Shown here piece after piece: positions 36,905 to 50,942 of a stretch of 64,000 nucleotides of DNA. The stretch lies in assembly GCF_001194135.2 (NCBI RefSeq), contig NC_068992.1, positions 33,727,103-33,791,102 of the forward strand, written 5' to 3'. Each line of letters starts with the position of its first letter. Position 1 is the first letter of the stretch. Made by a program: the position numbers and the translations under genes. The notes under the pieces are model-generated. The model had not been told where the DNA came from. It made no database searches and saw only the letters and a program-made list of their open reading frames with translations. The stretch is from Octopus bimaculoides. Lineage: Eukaryota.

Positions 36905-37990
36905 TTCCACACCTGAAACTTCTCCTCTAGTTCTGAAAGTGACTCAGCAATTAGAGCAAGGTCATCAGCTTAGAGGCGCTCCCAGGGGCATCCTATCTTG
37001 AATTCCTGTGTTATTGCCTGGAGGACTATGATAAATAGAAGGGGGCTGAGGACTGAACCTTGGGGGATCCCTACATCTACCCAGAATTCTTCACTGTACT
37101 CGTTGCCAACCCTCACCTTACTGACATGGCTCTCACAGCTCTCACTAACCTGTACATGGCTCACACAGCTCTTACTAACCATTCATCTATCCCTAATTTC
37201 CTCATTGACCACCAGATAAGGGATCAGGGGACCCTGTCAAAGGCTTTCTCGGTATCAACAAAAGCCAGGTACAGAAGTTAATCTTTGGTTATGTATTTCT
37301 CCTGCAGCTGTCTTACCAGAAATATAGCATCAGTGGTGCTTTTCACTGGCACGAACCCAAACTGCATCTTATCTAAACTGACTCTCTCCCTAATTAGTTG
37401 GGCTATGACCCTCTCCATGACTTTCCTTACCTGATCCAACAACTTGATACCTCTGTAATTATTTATATCTAAAGTGTCACCTTTATCTTTGTAGCAGTTG
37501 ACTATGGTGCTGCTACACCAGTCATTGGGTATGACTCCTTCGTCTATCACCTGGTTAACTATATGGGTGACTAGGCTATAGCCGACACTGCTAGATATTT
37601 TGAGCATCTCTACAGTGATTCTTGATGGGCCTGGGGCTTTCTTTGTCTTCATACTCATAATTGCTTTATCTACCAAGGTACTGTCGATTCGGATAGCTGG
37701 TCCCTCTTTTGGGTCGACATTCGGCAGACTCTCTTTCTCCCATTCATTCTCTTTATTGAGCAACATTTCATAGTGGTGTCTCCAAACCTCTCTCCTTGCA
37801 GCCTCATTTAATACAAGTGAACCATTATCCATGCAGACACATTTCTCTCCTACGACATCATGATTCTCTCTCACACATTGTCTTGCAACACGAAATACTT
37901 CAAGCCTTTGGTCCTCACGGCAGAGAACATTGGCAAATTTTTTCTTATCTACTTCCCCTCTGGCTAAATAAACCTGTCTCCTAGCTTCCC
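36905..37990 (-). mobile_element. RTE LINE reverse transcriptase region
   Basis: KAPGPS, NNYRGIKLL, QFGFVP..STTDAIFLVRQLQEK, VGIPQGSVLSPLLFIIVL and GCPWE.LYADD-like. Confidence 0.92.
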
Positions 37991-38190
37991 TTCTGGCATT
38001 CTGATAGAATTCCCTGCTACTTCCAGTTCAAATTTACAAAAGACAAAAATCGAAAATGCTCAAGAAGAATGGAGAAGTCTTTGACGTTTCAATCCTATGA
38101 TTTTTAGCAGAAAGGTTTGAGAGGGAAAAAAGAAACAGAGAAAAAATATGTAGAGATTAACAGTTCAACATGATGATGATGATGATGATG

Positions 38191-38269
<79 letters not shown>

Positions 38270-38779
38270 TGTGCATGATATTGGGTTGACAAACTGTATC
38301 AATCTCATTTCCTTAAATTTGATGAAACTGAAGAGATTCAGTTTAGATCAAAATGAATATATAGGATTGAAATTATATAATTTGTATAAACTACAAAATA
38401 AATATGAAGCAGATTAAAGACAATAATACAACTGAATTTTAATGATATTGCTGCAAAATAGCTGAACATGAATGTATTTTCCTACCACACTAAAGTAAAA
38501 TGGATGAACCTATCAAAATGATGATTGTATAGAATACTATTTTCAGAGCTTTTAATAAATTTACTATCTTGCTTTTTAATTCTTTCTCTATTCTTTAATC
38601 TGTTTTAAAATCAATTATTAATATAAGTAAAAACATTAATTATAGTTTTATACGATTGCAATAGTGTAAATGATGAAAAGAATTTAATATAATAGTGTAA
38701 ATAATACAAGGAAAATCAATTTAATCATCAGTGTAAAGGTATTCCATTACCTTCTGATTGTGTTTATTTGTATTTAAAG

Positions 38780-38805
38780 AATTCTTACTGCTGCTGCAAC
38801 ATGAA
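38780..38805 (+). CDS. candidate micro-exon
   Basis: ttatttgtatttaaag| NSYCCCNM(K) |gtatca; phase fits 29883-29933 and 38919-38989. Confidence 0.15.
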
Positions 38806-38918
38806 GTATCACTACATAACAGTTTTAAATCAAAGCTATGCTACTTCCTTTTACTTATATATATACTGGGCTGACTTCACTCATTTTATTCTACGTCATT
38901 TTTCCTATACTTGCACAG

Positions 38919-38989
38919 ATTAGATGAATATATTGAGATATTCTTTTACAGACAGATTCCCTTCCTGTTTCTAATCCTTGTTTGTTCAA
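38919..38989 (+). CDS. candidate exon (direct repeat copy 2)
   Basis: tttttcctatacttgcacag| LDEYIEIFFYRQIPFLFLILVCS |gtgagg. An alternative definition is 38991-39030 (RRFLFSLIFEDT|gtgagt). Confidence 0.3.
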
Positions 38990-39289
38990 GTGAGGAGATT
39001 TTTATTTTCACTCATCTTTGAAGATACAAAGTGAGTGGACAAATTGTTGATAAGAGAAGTGAGGACAACACTGCTCACAGCGATCCATAGATTTCACTTG
39101 GCTTGACAGGTCTTCTCAAGCACAACATATTGCCAAAGGTCACGGTCACTTATCATTGCCTCTGTGAGGCACAACACCCAAAAGGTGTTTTTACGTGCCT
39201 CTGGTATGGGTCTAGTTACATGATACCAGCATCAGCCACCAAATCTCAACCACCAAATCTCAAGCAACTCCAAACAAAGGCAAGATTCT

Positions 39290-39700
39290 TATCAGAGAAA
39301 GAAATAATGCAGGTTAAAAACTGTGAAGAGCTTCATTGTGGGACATGTGAAATAACTGAACAAGGAACAACCAAAAGATTCAAGAATGGGAAGGACCTGA
39401 AAGTGAATGCAAAAATGAATTGCAAAGCAAAAAATCTCATATATTGTATCATATGCCCAAAATGCAAAGAGAATTATATTTGGAAACAGGAACAAAACTA
39501 ACCAGGCATGAAAATGTGCATGAACAACAAATTAAAGATTCATCTCTTTAAAATGTTCCATGTAGAAATAAAAGATGAAAATGATCAGCTACAAAAGGCA
39601 AAAGAAGAATACTTTAAAAGTATTCTAAATCTTAAACACAACTGGAAATAGCTGATGCCATTATGGAAACAACTTCTTCTATACACATTAGCCCAGAAGA
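39290..39700 (+). pseudogene. Penelope-like Zn-linker and GIY-YIG remnant
   Basis: CGTCEI..FKNGK..MNCKAKNLIYCIICPKCKENYI(G)Q. Confidence 0.85.
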
Positions 39701-39869
39701 AGTGGATTTGGAATGTTGAACAATGCAAACTTTTCCCACAAAGGTTGGTAACATTCTATCAAATAACCCATGAAGGTACATGCAGAAATAAAATGGTCAA
39801 AGCTGGCTTGATAGTATACGTATTCAAACCAGAAAAGAACAAGAACAAATAAAAACAGAATCATATTGT

Positions 39870-40050
39870 GGTGCCATGTAAAGACACCCAGCACACTGTA
39901 AAGTGGTTAACATTAGGAAGGGCATCCAATCGTAGAAACCATGCAAAATGAGATTGGAGCCTGGTGCAGATCTCCAGCTTGCTAGCTCTGGTCAAACTGT
40001 CCAACCCATGCTAGCATGGACATCAGGTTAAATGATGATGATGATGATTG
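39870..40050 (+). mobile_element. RTE-tail SINE or RTE 3' UTR copy
   Basis: attaggaagggcatccaatcgtagaaacc...ccaacccatgctagcatgga...(gat)n. Confidence 0.75.
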
Positions 40051-40446
40051 TGTATGCTGGCACTATATTGTCAGAAGTATTTTAGTGTTGGATAAAATAA
40101 CTAGTGATATTTAGTTATAGCCTTTGACATTGAGTTCAGATATGACTAAAATCAACATTGAATTACTTCTCTCTGAGACCAATTGAATAATAAACTATTA
40201 AGTATTAGGGTTGTGAATAGCTTGTAATGAATGTTGTGGCTGAAACGGCTTCTAAGTAATGGGTAAAGTAAAAAAAAAAAAAAAAATATATGGAGCCTCA
40301 TGGGCACCTTATCCAAATGGATGCACAGCATAACCACTGTCACCATCAGAGTGCTTAATAATTCTAAATCAATAATATTTAATTTGTAAACTTGATAAAA
40401 GTAATACTGGAACTTTGGCTGAGGATTTATTTGTCTATATTATAAG

Positions 40447-40486
40447 CCATATTTTACAAAATAATTCCAAAGGACAAACTTCTAAT
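40447..40486 (+). CDS. candidate micro-exon
   Basis: tctatattataag| ... |gtgagt; two open frames (IFYKIIPKDKLL or HILQNNSKGQTSN). Confidence 0.2.
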
Positions 40487-40779
40487 GTGAGTCCTTCAAA
40501 ACTGAAATATTTGAGCTTTTCTGATGAGATTCTATACCTTTGATTTTCATCTTATTCAAAAGTGCTTTTGTGACTTTTGTGACTTTTAACGGCACACTAA
40601 TTACAGCAGAGAGAGCATTTGAGATGGTATGTTTGATGAAACTCCAAGCAATCTGACAGCACTTGGATTGCATTCCCCCTGAAAAAGCAATTGTACACAG
40701 CTGTTGTTGAAAAATATTTGTTTAAAAAGTAATTCTCAAGAATAATCTTATATTCTTTTTTTCTTTTGATTCTTTTACT

Positions 40780-41130
40780 TGTTTCACTCATTTGACTGCA
40801 GTCATACTGGAGCACCACCTTTAGTCAAACAAATCGAGCCCAGGATTTATTCTTTGTAAGCTTTGTACCTATTTTATTGGTCTCTTTTGCCAAACTGCTA
40901 AGTTCCAGGGACGTAAACACATTAACATCAGTTGTCAAGCGATGGTGGGGGACTAACACAGACACATATACAACGGGCTTCTTTCAGTTTCCGTCTACCA
41001 AATCCACTCACAAGGCTTTGGTCAGCCCAAGACTATAGTAGAAGACATTTGCCCAAGGTGCCATGCAGTGGGAATGAACCCGGAACCATGTGGTTGGGAA
41101 GTAAGCTTCTTACCACACAGCCATGCCTAC
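40780..41130 (-). mobile_element. SINE family 2, near full length
   Basis: Reverse complement of the 60812-61170 copy. Confidence 0.85.
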
Positions 41131-41253
41131 ATCTATATGGTGATTTATAAAAGTAAACTCAGCAGCACAAAAGCTGGTGTCCAGTGCAGAAACAAATGTT
41201 GTGATTGCTATTAAAGCCTGCAGTTTACCATCTTTGTGTTATATGAATCTTTG

Positions 41254-41310
<57 letters not shown>

Positions 41311-41352
41311 TACATATATATATATATGATATATATATATATATGTGTGTGT

Positions 41353-41414
<62 letters not shown>

Positions 41415-41875
41415 GTGTGTATGTGTATATACACGTGCACACACACACATGCCTGTGCATGTAGATAGGCCGTTATGTAAAACACTCATATAGAAACACA
41501 CACACATGAACCCAGACCAAAACAACACCAAAAAAATTTAAAAGACTGCTAGCATTAAAGATGGCTTTGATCTGGTAAGTACCTAATATGTAAGGACGTT
41601 GTTCAAGCTGAAAATTATCACAGATCAAAGAAGCCAATGTGTTTATAATTTAATCCTCTTTCTATGATTAATCTTCTAATATAGACGTTTGTTGTATTTG
41701 CTTTAATTAAACTGCAGATAACTAAAAGCAATAAATGATTCTAATCTCTTTATCTTCAGACACCATGTAGCTCCAAAAACAACATGTGTGTGTGTATTTA
41801 TATATATATAGATATGTATGTGTGCACGAGTGTATATGAATATGCAAGCATCTATTTTTATATCTATTTATGTAA

Positions 41876-41907
<32 letters not shown>

Positions 41908-42026
41908 NNNNNNNNNNATAAATATACATACATAAATATATATATATATATATATATATATGCCCATCGTCCAACCCATGCTAGCATGGAAAGTGGACGT
42001 TAAACAATGAGGATGATATATATATA

Positions 42027-43278
42027 TGAAGGTGTAATGAAAATTTCCTGACTTTAGGCAAAAGAAAGTACAGGCAGATCGCTTAATTATGATTTTATTC
42101 AAAATATTCTCCTCTCAAATTCACACCCATATTGCCATGGTTCTTCAGTTTTTCTAATCCCTGTAAAAAGAACTCAGAATGATCCAATCAGGCCTCTGTA
42201 GAAGCAATCTTTTCTGTATTGGAGTGGAATTCCGTTCCCTCAAGATGTTTCTTCAGCTGTGGAGAGTTGATATTTGGAAGGGCCAAGTCAGGAGAGTAAG
42301 GTGGGTTGTCTACCAATTCGAACCCAAAGTCTTGTATTTTCTGCAGTTTCATGTGCTGTGTGTCCTGGTGCAGTGTCCTGCAAAAACAGAACACTATGGC
42401 TCAACTTGCCACAGCGTTTCTGTTTCAAAGCTTCATGCAGTTCATCCAACAGAGACTTGTAGTATTCTGCATTAATGGTGCAACCCTTTGGCATGTGTTA
42501 TATGAGAAGTACTTCGTCTTTGTCCCAGAACATTGAAGCTAGGATCTTTCCAGCTCACTTCTGGGTGCAAAACGTCTTGGGACACAGTGAACTAGTGTGG
42601 GACCACTCTATTGTTCACTGCTTGGTCTGGGAATCATAATGATGAATCTAAGTTTCATCCATGGAGACTAAATGAGTCATAAAATTAACTTCTCTCCTGC
42701 AAACTGATCCCAAATCACCTTTGATGTCATTACTCTGATGTGCTTCTGATCTGCATTGAAGCATTTTGGCACCTATTTTGTGAAAAGTTTTCTTATGTCC
42801 AGAATTCTGTGAATGATGTGGTCAACTCTTTTGTTGGAAATCCCCAGAGTCTCAGCTGAAATCCAGCTGTCCTTCAGAATCATGATGTGCACAACGTCAG
42901 CATTGTCCTCAGTAATCACAGAAGTTAGCCATCCTGACTGGGGTTCATCTGTGACCTCAAAATGACCAGTCCAAAACCTTGACACCCAGATTTTCACTGT
43001 GGAGTGAGATGACATTTTTTATCTTGCCATAGATTTCTGCCACTTTTTTGCCTTGCAAAAATAGGAACTTAATGACTACTAATGCTTCAGTTTTACCAAA
43101 ATCCACTGTAGGAGATACGGTCATGCATTAAATCTACAAAAAAAAAGAGAACTATATGTTGTATACCATCATGATTTTGTGCATATCTTCTAAATAGTTG
43201 TCCTACCTCTCCTGTAAATGTAACAGCTCTACCCTTTTGTTATACCCTTCAAGCCAGGAACTTTTCAGCACACCCTCG
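42027..43278 (-). mobile_element. mariner (DD34D) transposon, full length and decayed
   Basis: Imperfect ~28-bp TIRs (tgaaggtgtaatgaaaatttcctg / caggaacttttcagcacaccctcg); FLQDTAPGH and NPPYSPDLA; TA flanks. Confidence 0.9.
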
Positions 43279-43286
43279 AATATATA

Positions 43287-44540
43287 CATTGGGTCATCTC
43301 ATAAATAATACACTTTTTTTTAATTGCATGAGCTAAAAGTTGGAGGGGGATGGAATAAACTACCTGCATTAACTTGATATAAAAGCAGGTAGTAATTTTA
43401 CCTTGTCTTTATTCTTAATGTAAGTTTTGAAGTGTGCAATTCGATTTTAGCAGCTATTTTTCAAAGCTATTATGGAAGTGACAAAGGAGCATATTCAGCA
43501 CATTTTGCTTTATTAGTTCAATAAAGGCAACAATGCAACAAAAGTGTAAGGAATATTAAAGCAGTATATGGGGACTGGACAATAAACAAGACAGTATCAA
43601 TGGTGGTTCCAGAAATTCCTAGCCACAAACTACCAACTAGAAGATGAGCTTCATCATGGAAGATCTGAACAGCTCAATGAGGACATCCTGCAAACCCTGA
43701 TGGAAAGAATCCCATCATAACTGTTGCAGAAGTATCGAAGAAGCTTGGATTTGGTCATTCAACCATTCATCAACACCTACCTGTCATTGGAAAATTCAGC
43801 AAATTGGGTCAATGGGTTTCTCACAAACTATCCAAGCCTAATCACTCACAAAGAGTGAATGTGTGCTTTTCTTTGCTGTCATGTCTCCTGAATGAACATT
43901 TTGGGACTAAATGGTGAGTGGTGATGAGAAATGGGTTCTCTATAACAATGTCAAGCACTGAAGACAGTGGGTAGGGAAAGGAGAAACTGTGGTACCCCAG
44001 GCTAAAGAAGATCTTCACCCACGTAAGATGTTATCTGTTTGGTGGGATATGAAAGGCTTAGTCCACTTTGAACTTTTAAACCCAAACCAAATAATAACAA
44101 AGGAGTTCTACTGCAAGTAGCTTGAGCGATTTAAGTCAGTGCTAGAAGAAAACCAACCATCTTAGGTTTCAAGATGAAAGGTATTCTCCCATCAAGATGA
44201 TGCTCGGCCACATACAGTGAGGATGACATTCCAAAGGTTGGGGCAGTTTGAATGGGAAACGATGCCCCACCCACCATATTCACTGGACATTGCCCCATTT
44301 GATTATCATTTATTCCGCAGTCTTCAAAATCATTTGGATGGAAAAAAATAGGAGTTTTGTAGACAAGGTCATAACAATACAGGAGGAGTATTTATCATCA
44401 TGCACAAGTGAATTTTGGAAGCGGGGCCTTGCAAATCTACCAGATAGAACATTGTAGAAAATGAAAGAAAATATATTTTAGATTAAAAATGAATTTTGAT
44501 AATCTTAATTTTAAAAAATGAAAGAAGAATAAGAAGCCGC
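43287..44540 (+). mobile_element. second mariner family, near full length and decayed
   Basis: TIR ttgggtcatctcataaat; ATG at 43472 MEVTKEHI; WVSHKL, GDEKWVLYNN, HQDDARPH and HPPYSLDIAP.DYHLFRSLQN; right TIR falls in the gap. Confidence 0.92.
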
Positions 44541-45392
44541 NNNNNNNNNNNNNNNNNNNNNNNNNNNNNNNNNNNNNNNNNNNNNNNNNNNNNNNNNNNN
44601 NNNNNNNNNNNNNNNNNNNNNNNNNNNNNNNNNNNNNNNNNNNNNNNNNNNNNNNNNNNNNNNNNNCAGAGTAGCAAAAAAAATTTAGAAACTCTATTTG
44701 CTACCAGTGGTCCAGCGAGAGGAAAAATTAGTCAATAGACTATATATCATTCATTTAGATATAGCGTACATTTAAACACATCAGAGATGCCCATAATAGG
44801 ACATCTAGCCCGCTAGAAGGAGCAGTCAAAACTCCACACCACAATTAGGGATAATTTTGAAAGGGAATGAAAAATAAAAACATTTACCATCTATTTTCTG
44901 AACCATGGTTTCATGCTATTTTTAGCAAAATAAAATATTTTGCAAGGCCAGCTATCAGCAGCAGAAAAGCCAAGATAAACATATAAACACGAGGCACTAC
45001 ACAAAAACCTGAACCGTGCTTATATGTTATAATTTATCAAAATTTACTGTGCATGTGTGTCTCTTGTGTGTGTGTGTGTGTGTGTGTGTACATGTGTATG
45101 TGTGTATATATACACACACATGTAATATTATTACTCCCTTTATAACTCAATGTAAACAAGCGTTCTTACTTCTAACAGTCACTTACTTGGCCATGTAATA
45201 TTATAGCTCGTAACTTACCTCATCATTTCGCATTTGTCTTGCTTTTATATGTTGACTCCCTGATGATGAATATATGTGAAATTCCAGCAGCTCTTACTTA
45301 TTTGGAGGAGAACACACATATATTTTGAAACATGTGTAGGAATTAAAGGAACTTTTATTTATATGCGTTTTGCTCAATTTCTTGTTATTATT

Positions 45393-45455
<63 letters not shown>

Positions 45456-45489
45456 TTCAAATTACGATGAATGTAAACAAACTATATGT

Positions 45490-45860
45490 ATGTATGTATA
45501 TGCCAGGCTTCTTTCAGTAGCTGTCTCCAAAATCCAATCATATGGCTTTAAAGTGACACTGGAGTACAAATATTCGAAGCCCAGTATACCCAGCATGACT
45601 ACCCATCTGTTAAGGGTACACTAGGCACATACAACACAACCATATGTGTGTGATACGTTGATGGGGCCCAGTTAGAATTTTCTTCATGTTGAGTAGCCTA
45701 TCCTGCTCAAAAGGTCCCTAAAACATATTGTTTAAGGATCCTGAATGAAATACCCATGTTTCCAGAGGTGAATTATTCAAACCCCACAAAAATTCCTCTC
45801 AACACATGGCTATGATGCTACCCCACTACATCAGCTCATGATCAGACATGCATATACCAT
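45490..45860 (-). mobile_element. SINE or LINE-UTR-type repeat
   Basis: Starts with a SINE family 2 fragment, then repeat-like sequence; not classified further. Confidence 0.35.
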
Positions 45861-45899
45861 CTGCCACTGCAGAGGAAGCTACTTGACGCAGTGAAGAAG

Positions 45900-46430
45900 T
45901 GACACCTCTCATGTGCTCTTTCATATTCTCTCTGTTGTTTCTCCTCAAGGACTGGAATTACAAGCATCAATAAATGGTACCATTCATTGCACCACAGGGC
46001 CTTCTTCTCTCAGGTGTCTGGGGAGATGCTAGATTTCTTCATATGTCTCTTCTGCACATCCCCATATCACAACTTCTGGCCACCATGGCTCCACCTACCC
46101 TGATGCAGATCAGCATCAATCTGTATATCCTACTTAATATGGATGTATTTTAAGTATGCCATATTACTATACAATTTGTCTTGAGAAAGCATCTCACACA
46201 GACATATAGTATTAAAGAGCCGTGGGCCCAAAAGTGTCCAGCATTGTCACTGGAACTACTAGATCCTGTCATCTCTGTGTGTTTGTGCATCATCAGCAGC
46301 AGGTATCCACTATCATTTCATACTTGGCAATTGTTATTGCTATGGTTATATACAAAGACAATGCCTAATCATTTACTGGTGTCACAAATAGCTAGCAGGC
46401 TGAGTGAGAGACAGTAGTGAGAGAAGTGTT
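45900..46430 (-). pseudogene. old RTE LINE fragments (RT motif and C-terminus)
   Basis: Minus strand ADDA motif at ~46290 and ELHQGR.SHG...RRD.-like C-terminal region. Confidence 0.55.
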
Positions 46431-47724
46431 GTTAGTACTGAATTGTAATTATTATGTGGATATGGATATACTTTATGAACTCCATAACATAGTTGTTTTT
46501 AAAGTGTATCCACATTATGTAGAATATAATGATTGGTATTTATTACTAATACTGCTCCAGTTACTAAAATGACTAATACCTTATAATAATTTTGCTTGTC
46601 TTTACGTAACCCAGCCTGTCGGTAATGCTTTCACATGATTAGAGAAAAAGAGGGAGAGAGAAAAAGAGAAAGAGAAGCATCTATGATGTGAGATAGAGGG
46701 AATGCAATTTTAATACTTTCAAGTGATTAGTTGAAGGGAAAAGAGGAGAAAGATAAAGGAGAGAGAAAAAGAGGGTAAGGCAAAGTGTGGGACGGAAAGC
46801 GAGAGAGAGAGAAAAAGAGCATCTGTGACGTGTGGTAGGGGGAACAAAATATTTGTTTTGTGGTTAAAAAAGTTAGTTGAAGGTGGAGGAGGAGAGGTAA
46901 AATATTTAATTTTAGCAGAGGGGTGATGTTCTGATGGTGAAGTTAAAGAAAGGCAGAGAGAGGGAAGAGAGAGAGAGAGAGGGAAAAGAGAGATAGAGGG
47001 AGAGNNNNNNNNNNNNNNNNNNNNNNNNNNNNNNNNNNNNNNNNNNNNNNNNNNNNNNNNNNNNNNNNNNNNNNNNNNNNNNNNNNNNNNNNNNNNNNNN
47101 NNNNNNNNNNNNNNNNNNNNNNNNNNNNNNNNNNNNNNNNNNNNNNNNNNNNNNNNNNNNNNNNNNNNNNNNNNNNNNNNNNNNNNNNNNNNNNNNNNNN
47201 NNNNNNNNNNNNNNNNNNNNNNNNNNNNNNNNNNNNNNNNNNNNNNNNNNNNNNNNNNNNNNNNNNNNNNNNNNNNNNNNNNNNNNNNNNNNNNNNNNNN
47301 NNNNNNNNNNNGCGTGTGTTTTTATTGGCTAAACTGGCAATATGACCATCCCCAAGTACAACAACATCTGTTTCAACACACGATTTCACATAAAAAATCT
47401 TGCAAAACAAATATGTAAACGGAATTTTTTTTATCTTTATGGGGAAAACGGAAAACTAAGAATATTTATTTTATGAATGCTGTGTATTAAATCTATAAAA
47501 TTTTACATAAAGTATATAAAGTGTATATATAAAGTGCATTAAGCAATCATCGTATTCCAATTTCTTTCACTTTTCAATGAGTAGCAGATGATCGACTATT
47601 TTTCCATACAGACACAACACAGGCAATGCTTTTAGGTTTTTTTAGTAAAGTTTTCAGAAATAACCCAATAGGTTTACCATTACTTCTGTGAAATATTCAT
47701 GGGTCCCACTAGTATACATATAAG

Positions 47725-47920
47725 AGCAGTGACCTGTCAGAATCATTAGCATGTCAGGCAAAAGGCTTAGTAGCATTTGATCCACCTTTATGGTCTGAGT
47801 TCAAATTTCACCAAGGTTGACTTTGCCTTTCATCCTTTTGGGTCAATAAAATAAGCACCAGTTCAGCATTGACTTACTCTCTCTAGAAATTACTGGCATT
47901 GTGCCAAAATTTGAAATCTT
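47725..47920 (+). mobile_element. SINE family 1
   Basis: cagaatcattagcatg...ctgagttcaaatt...gactttgcctttcatcc. Confidence 0.8.
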
Positions 47921-48239
47921 TATATACCTATAGATAGATAGATAGATATGTATGTTTCTTTAGCCACACAGGGCTGAACACAGAGGGAACAAATTACAAA
48001 GTAGAGTTTTTCTTTTTGGAGAGGATAAAAAAAAGGATGGGTAGGTTTTCGATCAAAATGGATCATAAAAAAAAACCCATCAATAAGGATCGTGTATCAC
48101 AGAAATGTCACAATGTAAAGTGTAAAGGGGGAAACAGATAAGGCTTATTTATGGAAAAGACCACGGTAACTTCGGTCAATAATGTTACATGTTGACACAT
48201 TTATTTGCAAGTAAGTAACTCTCTGTTTTAAATTTTCCC

Positions 48240-48960
48240 GGGTTCATAGGATCATGCTCAAGGTGGCTTCGTCATTCATATGTGCCATCCTTGCTACATT
48301 CACCCATCTTTTTTTGAAATATTTGCTAGACAAAACTTGCCTTTCTACTCTCACTTTCCTTTTCAAGTGATACTTGAAAAAGTTGATGAGAGATTGACCA
48401 GAGAGGAAAATGTTTGTCTCTAATCCTTTCAGACGCGTCCACCAGATACGTTCTTTCACCATAGCCACAAGTATGATAAAGATAGCTCTTCCTTCCTGTT
48501 TGAAGGAAGGAGTCGTGACGATATTGACGATAGACTGGAGAGCAAAGCAACACTTGTGGTGCCATTCATCCTTCATCGGTCTCTTCTTGATCTACGAATG
48601 CAGCTTGGTCATGGAGACGAGCTGCAGGAAAGCACGCTGCACAAACGGTGACCACACCTGCTCATTATTTTCCATGTAGAGCCGGAGATGTCACAGTCTC
48701 AGCGCATGTCTGTGCATCATCAACCACTGCATGCCCAGCCCTCCTTTCAGTGAGTGTTGGCAGCAAACGGATCACCTAACCATCAGAACACTTCCTCTCC
48801 ACAAGAAGCGGAAGAGGATGCGCACATATATATCAGTTATCTCTCTATGTATTTATCTCTCCAAACTTATCTATCTGTTCTGTCACCTTATGTTGAAAGT
48901 GTGATCAGAAACCTCATCAGCCCTATCATTGTCTTACTGCCAGTTACTCTCACCAGCCCA
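48240..48960 (-). mobile_element. L1/Tx1-type LINE ORF2 C-terminus
   Basis: ORF 48244..48576 (EGRAIFIILVAMVKERIWWTR...FFKYHLKRKVRVER...KRWV) preceded by a decayed Zn-knuckle (ETV..ALH). Confidence 0.65.
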
Positions 48961-49134
48961 CATATAAAGTGTAGTAGCCATGTAGCTCTTCTGTAACAAG
49001 ACACTTGTGCCTGCTCCTCTATTATACTTTCACCTCTCAACACTTAGCATAAAACCACCTCCCTCTCCATCAAAACCCCACTCAGTCAAGGGATCTTTTT
49101 CTTTGTTGCATGAATTACTTGGTGATTTTCTTAG

Positions 49135-49230
49135 TGCAGGTGTCATGGAAAAGGCACCCGGTAGTCTTTGTAAAGTAGTTAGCATTAGGAAGGGCATCCA
49201 ACTATAGAAACCTTGCCAAAACAAAAACAG
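49135..49230 (+). mobile_element. RTE-tail SINE fragment
   Basis: gcattaggaagggcatccaactatagaaacc. Confidence 0.6.
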
Positions 49231-50566
49231 TGGAGCTTTATGCAGTCCAACACTAAATCTTATTGTATGATTCTTATTGCTTTGCTGCTGCAACATGGAA
49301 ATATCTTAAATTTAAATTGTTTATCCATTTAAAATGCTATATTTGATAAATACATAGGGATTTTGAAAGAATTAGAGAATTATCAACTTTACCTCCATTT
49401 TCATTTTCAGAAAAATATGTTTTATAAAGTGCTTTTTAATTGAATAAATTATTAAATTTAGGTTATCTTTCTCAGCAAAGGTTTAATAGATCATCCTTCC
49501 ATATTGCTTAGCTCAAAATATTTATTTTAAGAATATTTAATTTCATTTCATATTCTGCAAACACAACAGATACAATACATTCCTTTATACAAATGATTTT
49601 TCTATAAGCCATGTTCCTAGTTAAAGTTCTTTCCCTATAATTATAATGTTTCTTTCCATCCATTTTGAAGGCTACTTGAATGCTTTTTCTTGTTGATCAA
49701 GTAACCACATAAAAGTTCATACATTTGCAAATGAGGAATGTGAAAGAGATTTTTTGTCTATATAATAGTTTTTGCCCACAGTATTAAATCTTAAGTATTT
49801 TAACCAGCCATAACTGTCCTAAATCTTTTACCTGTTTTATGTTCAAACCAGCCAGATCTGGCCTTTCATACCTACCTTACAAAGCTTTTTTAAAATGAAG
49901 TAATCACATTATTGAAATCTCTAAGCTATGAGATAATGCATAATTAATTTAAAACAATGTGGATAAATAATCATCAGATTTAACAGTGTAATCTGAATGC
50001 TAAAAAGGTTAGTTGAGCATTTCATTGGAACTACTAAACCAAAACTTCCTCATGCATAAACAAAGTGGAAATTGATAGATTTTTGCACAATAAGTCATAT
50101 TGAACATAAACATATTTATATTGTTGTATATCAACAAACATTAAAGAGGAAAATAATATATTTACATGACAAACAGAAGAATTGACAGTTTTACTGACTG
50201 ACAGTTCTTCTGAAATAATTTACCCAACTCAAAAATAAGTGGTTTCAAGTGGCAGAACGAATGGTATTCAAAAATCAAAATATAGTTTTATAGCAGAGTT
50301 AACTGTTTTATTGACTGAAACTTTTAGTCAATCTCTCACTGTTTTATTACATTCTTCTTTCCCTCTTTCTTCTTCCAGTTTCCCTGTTTTTATCCCTTTC
50401 TTTTCATCACAAAAGATTATTATTTTATTTAAGACTGAAATTGCCATGCCATTTTTTACAGAGGTGTACAATGGAAAAATAACATTGACAGAAAATAAAA
50501 CACATGTAAACAATTTTACATAGGAACTATGGTTAAACCAATGGAACAATGTACTTCTATGCACAG

Positions 50567-50628
50567 GTTCTTCATCTTGCTAGTGAAATATATCAACAAA
50601 ATCAGACAATAATAGAATTAGCTATAAA
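50567..50628 (+). CDS. candidate exon
   Basis: tacttctatgcacag| VLHLASEIYQQNQTIIELAI(K) |gtgaat; only one frame is open. Confidence 0.3.
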
Positions 50629-50942
50629 GTGAATTTGTTGGTATTGGAGAATATGATACCATACTGGGGAGATAGATTGCTGTGTTGGTATGTACAAGGG
50701 AAGGGCTGGAGATTATTTTAACTAACTGTAAATATCTTTTAAACATATGTAGTGAAATAGTGATTTTCTACACACACTGAAAGAGTAAAATATTCTGATG
50801 TTCCTGGATGAGGAAATATCTGAACCACAAAGAGATAAGCTTGTACACTTCTAGCCCTACTATTAACATGTAGACTTGGTCATGTGAATCTCACAGTTAC
50901 CAAACACTTAATAAAATATCCTGAGATCTCCAACTTGTATAC

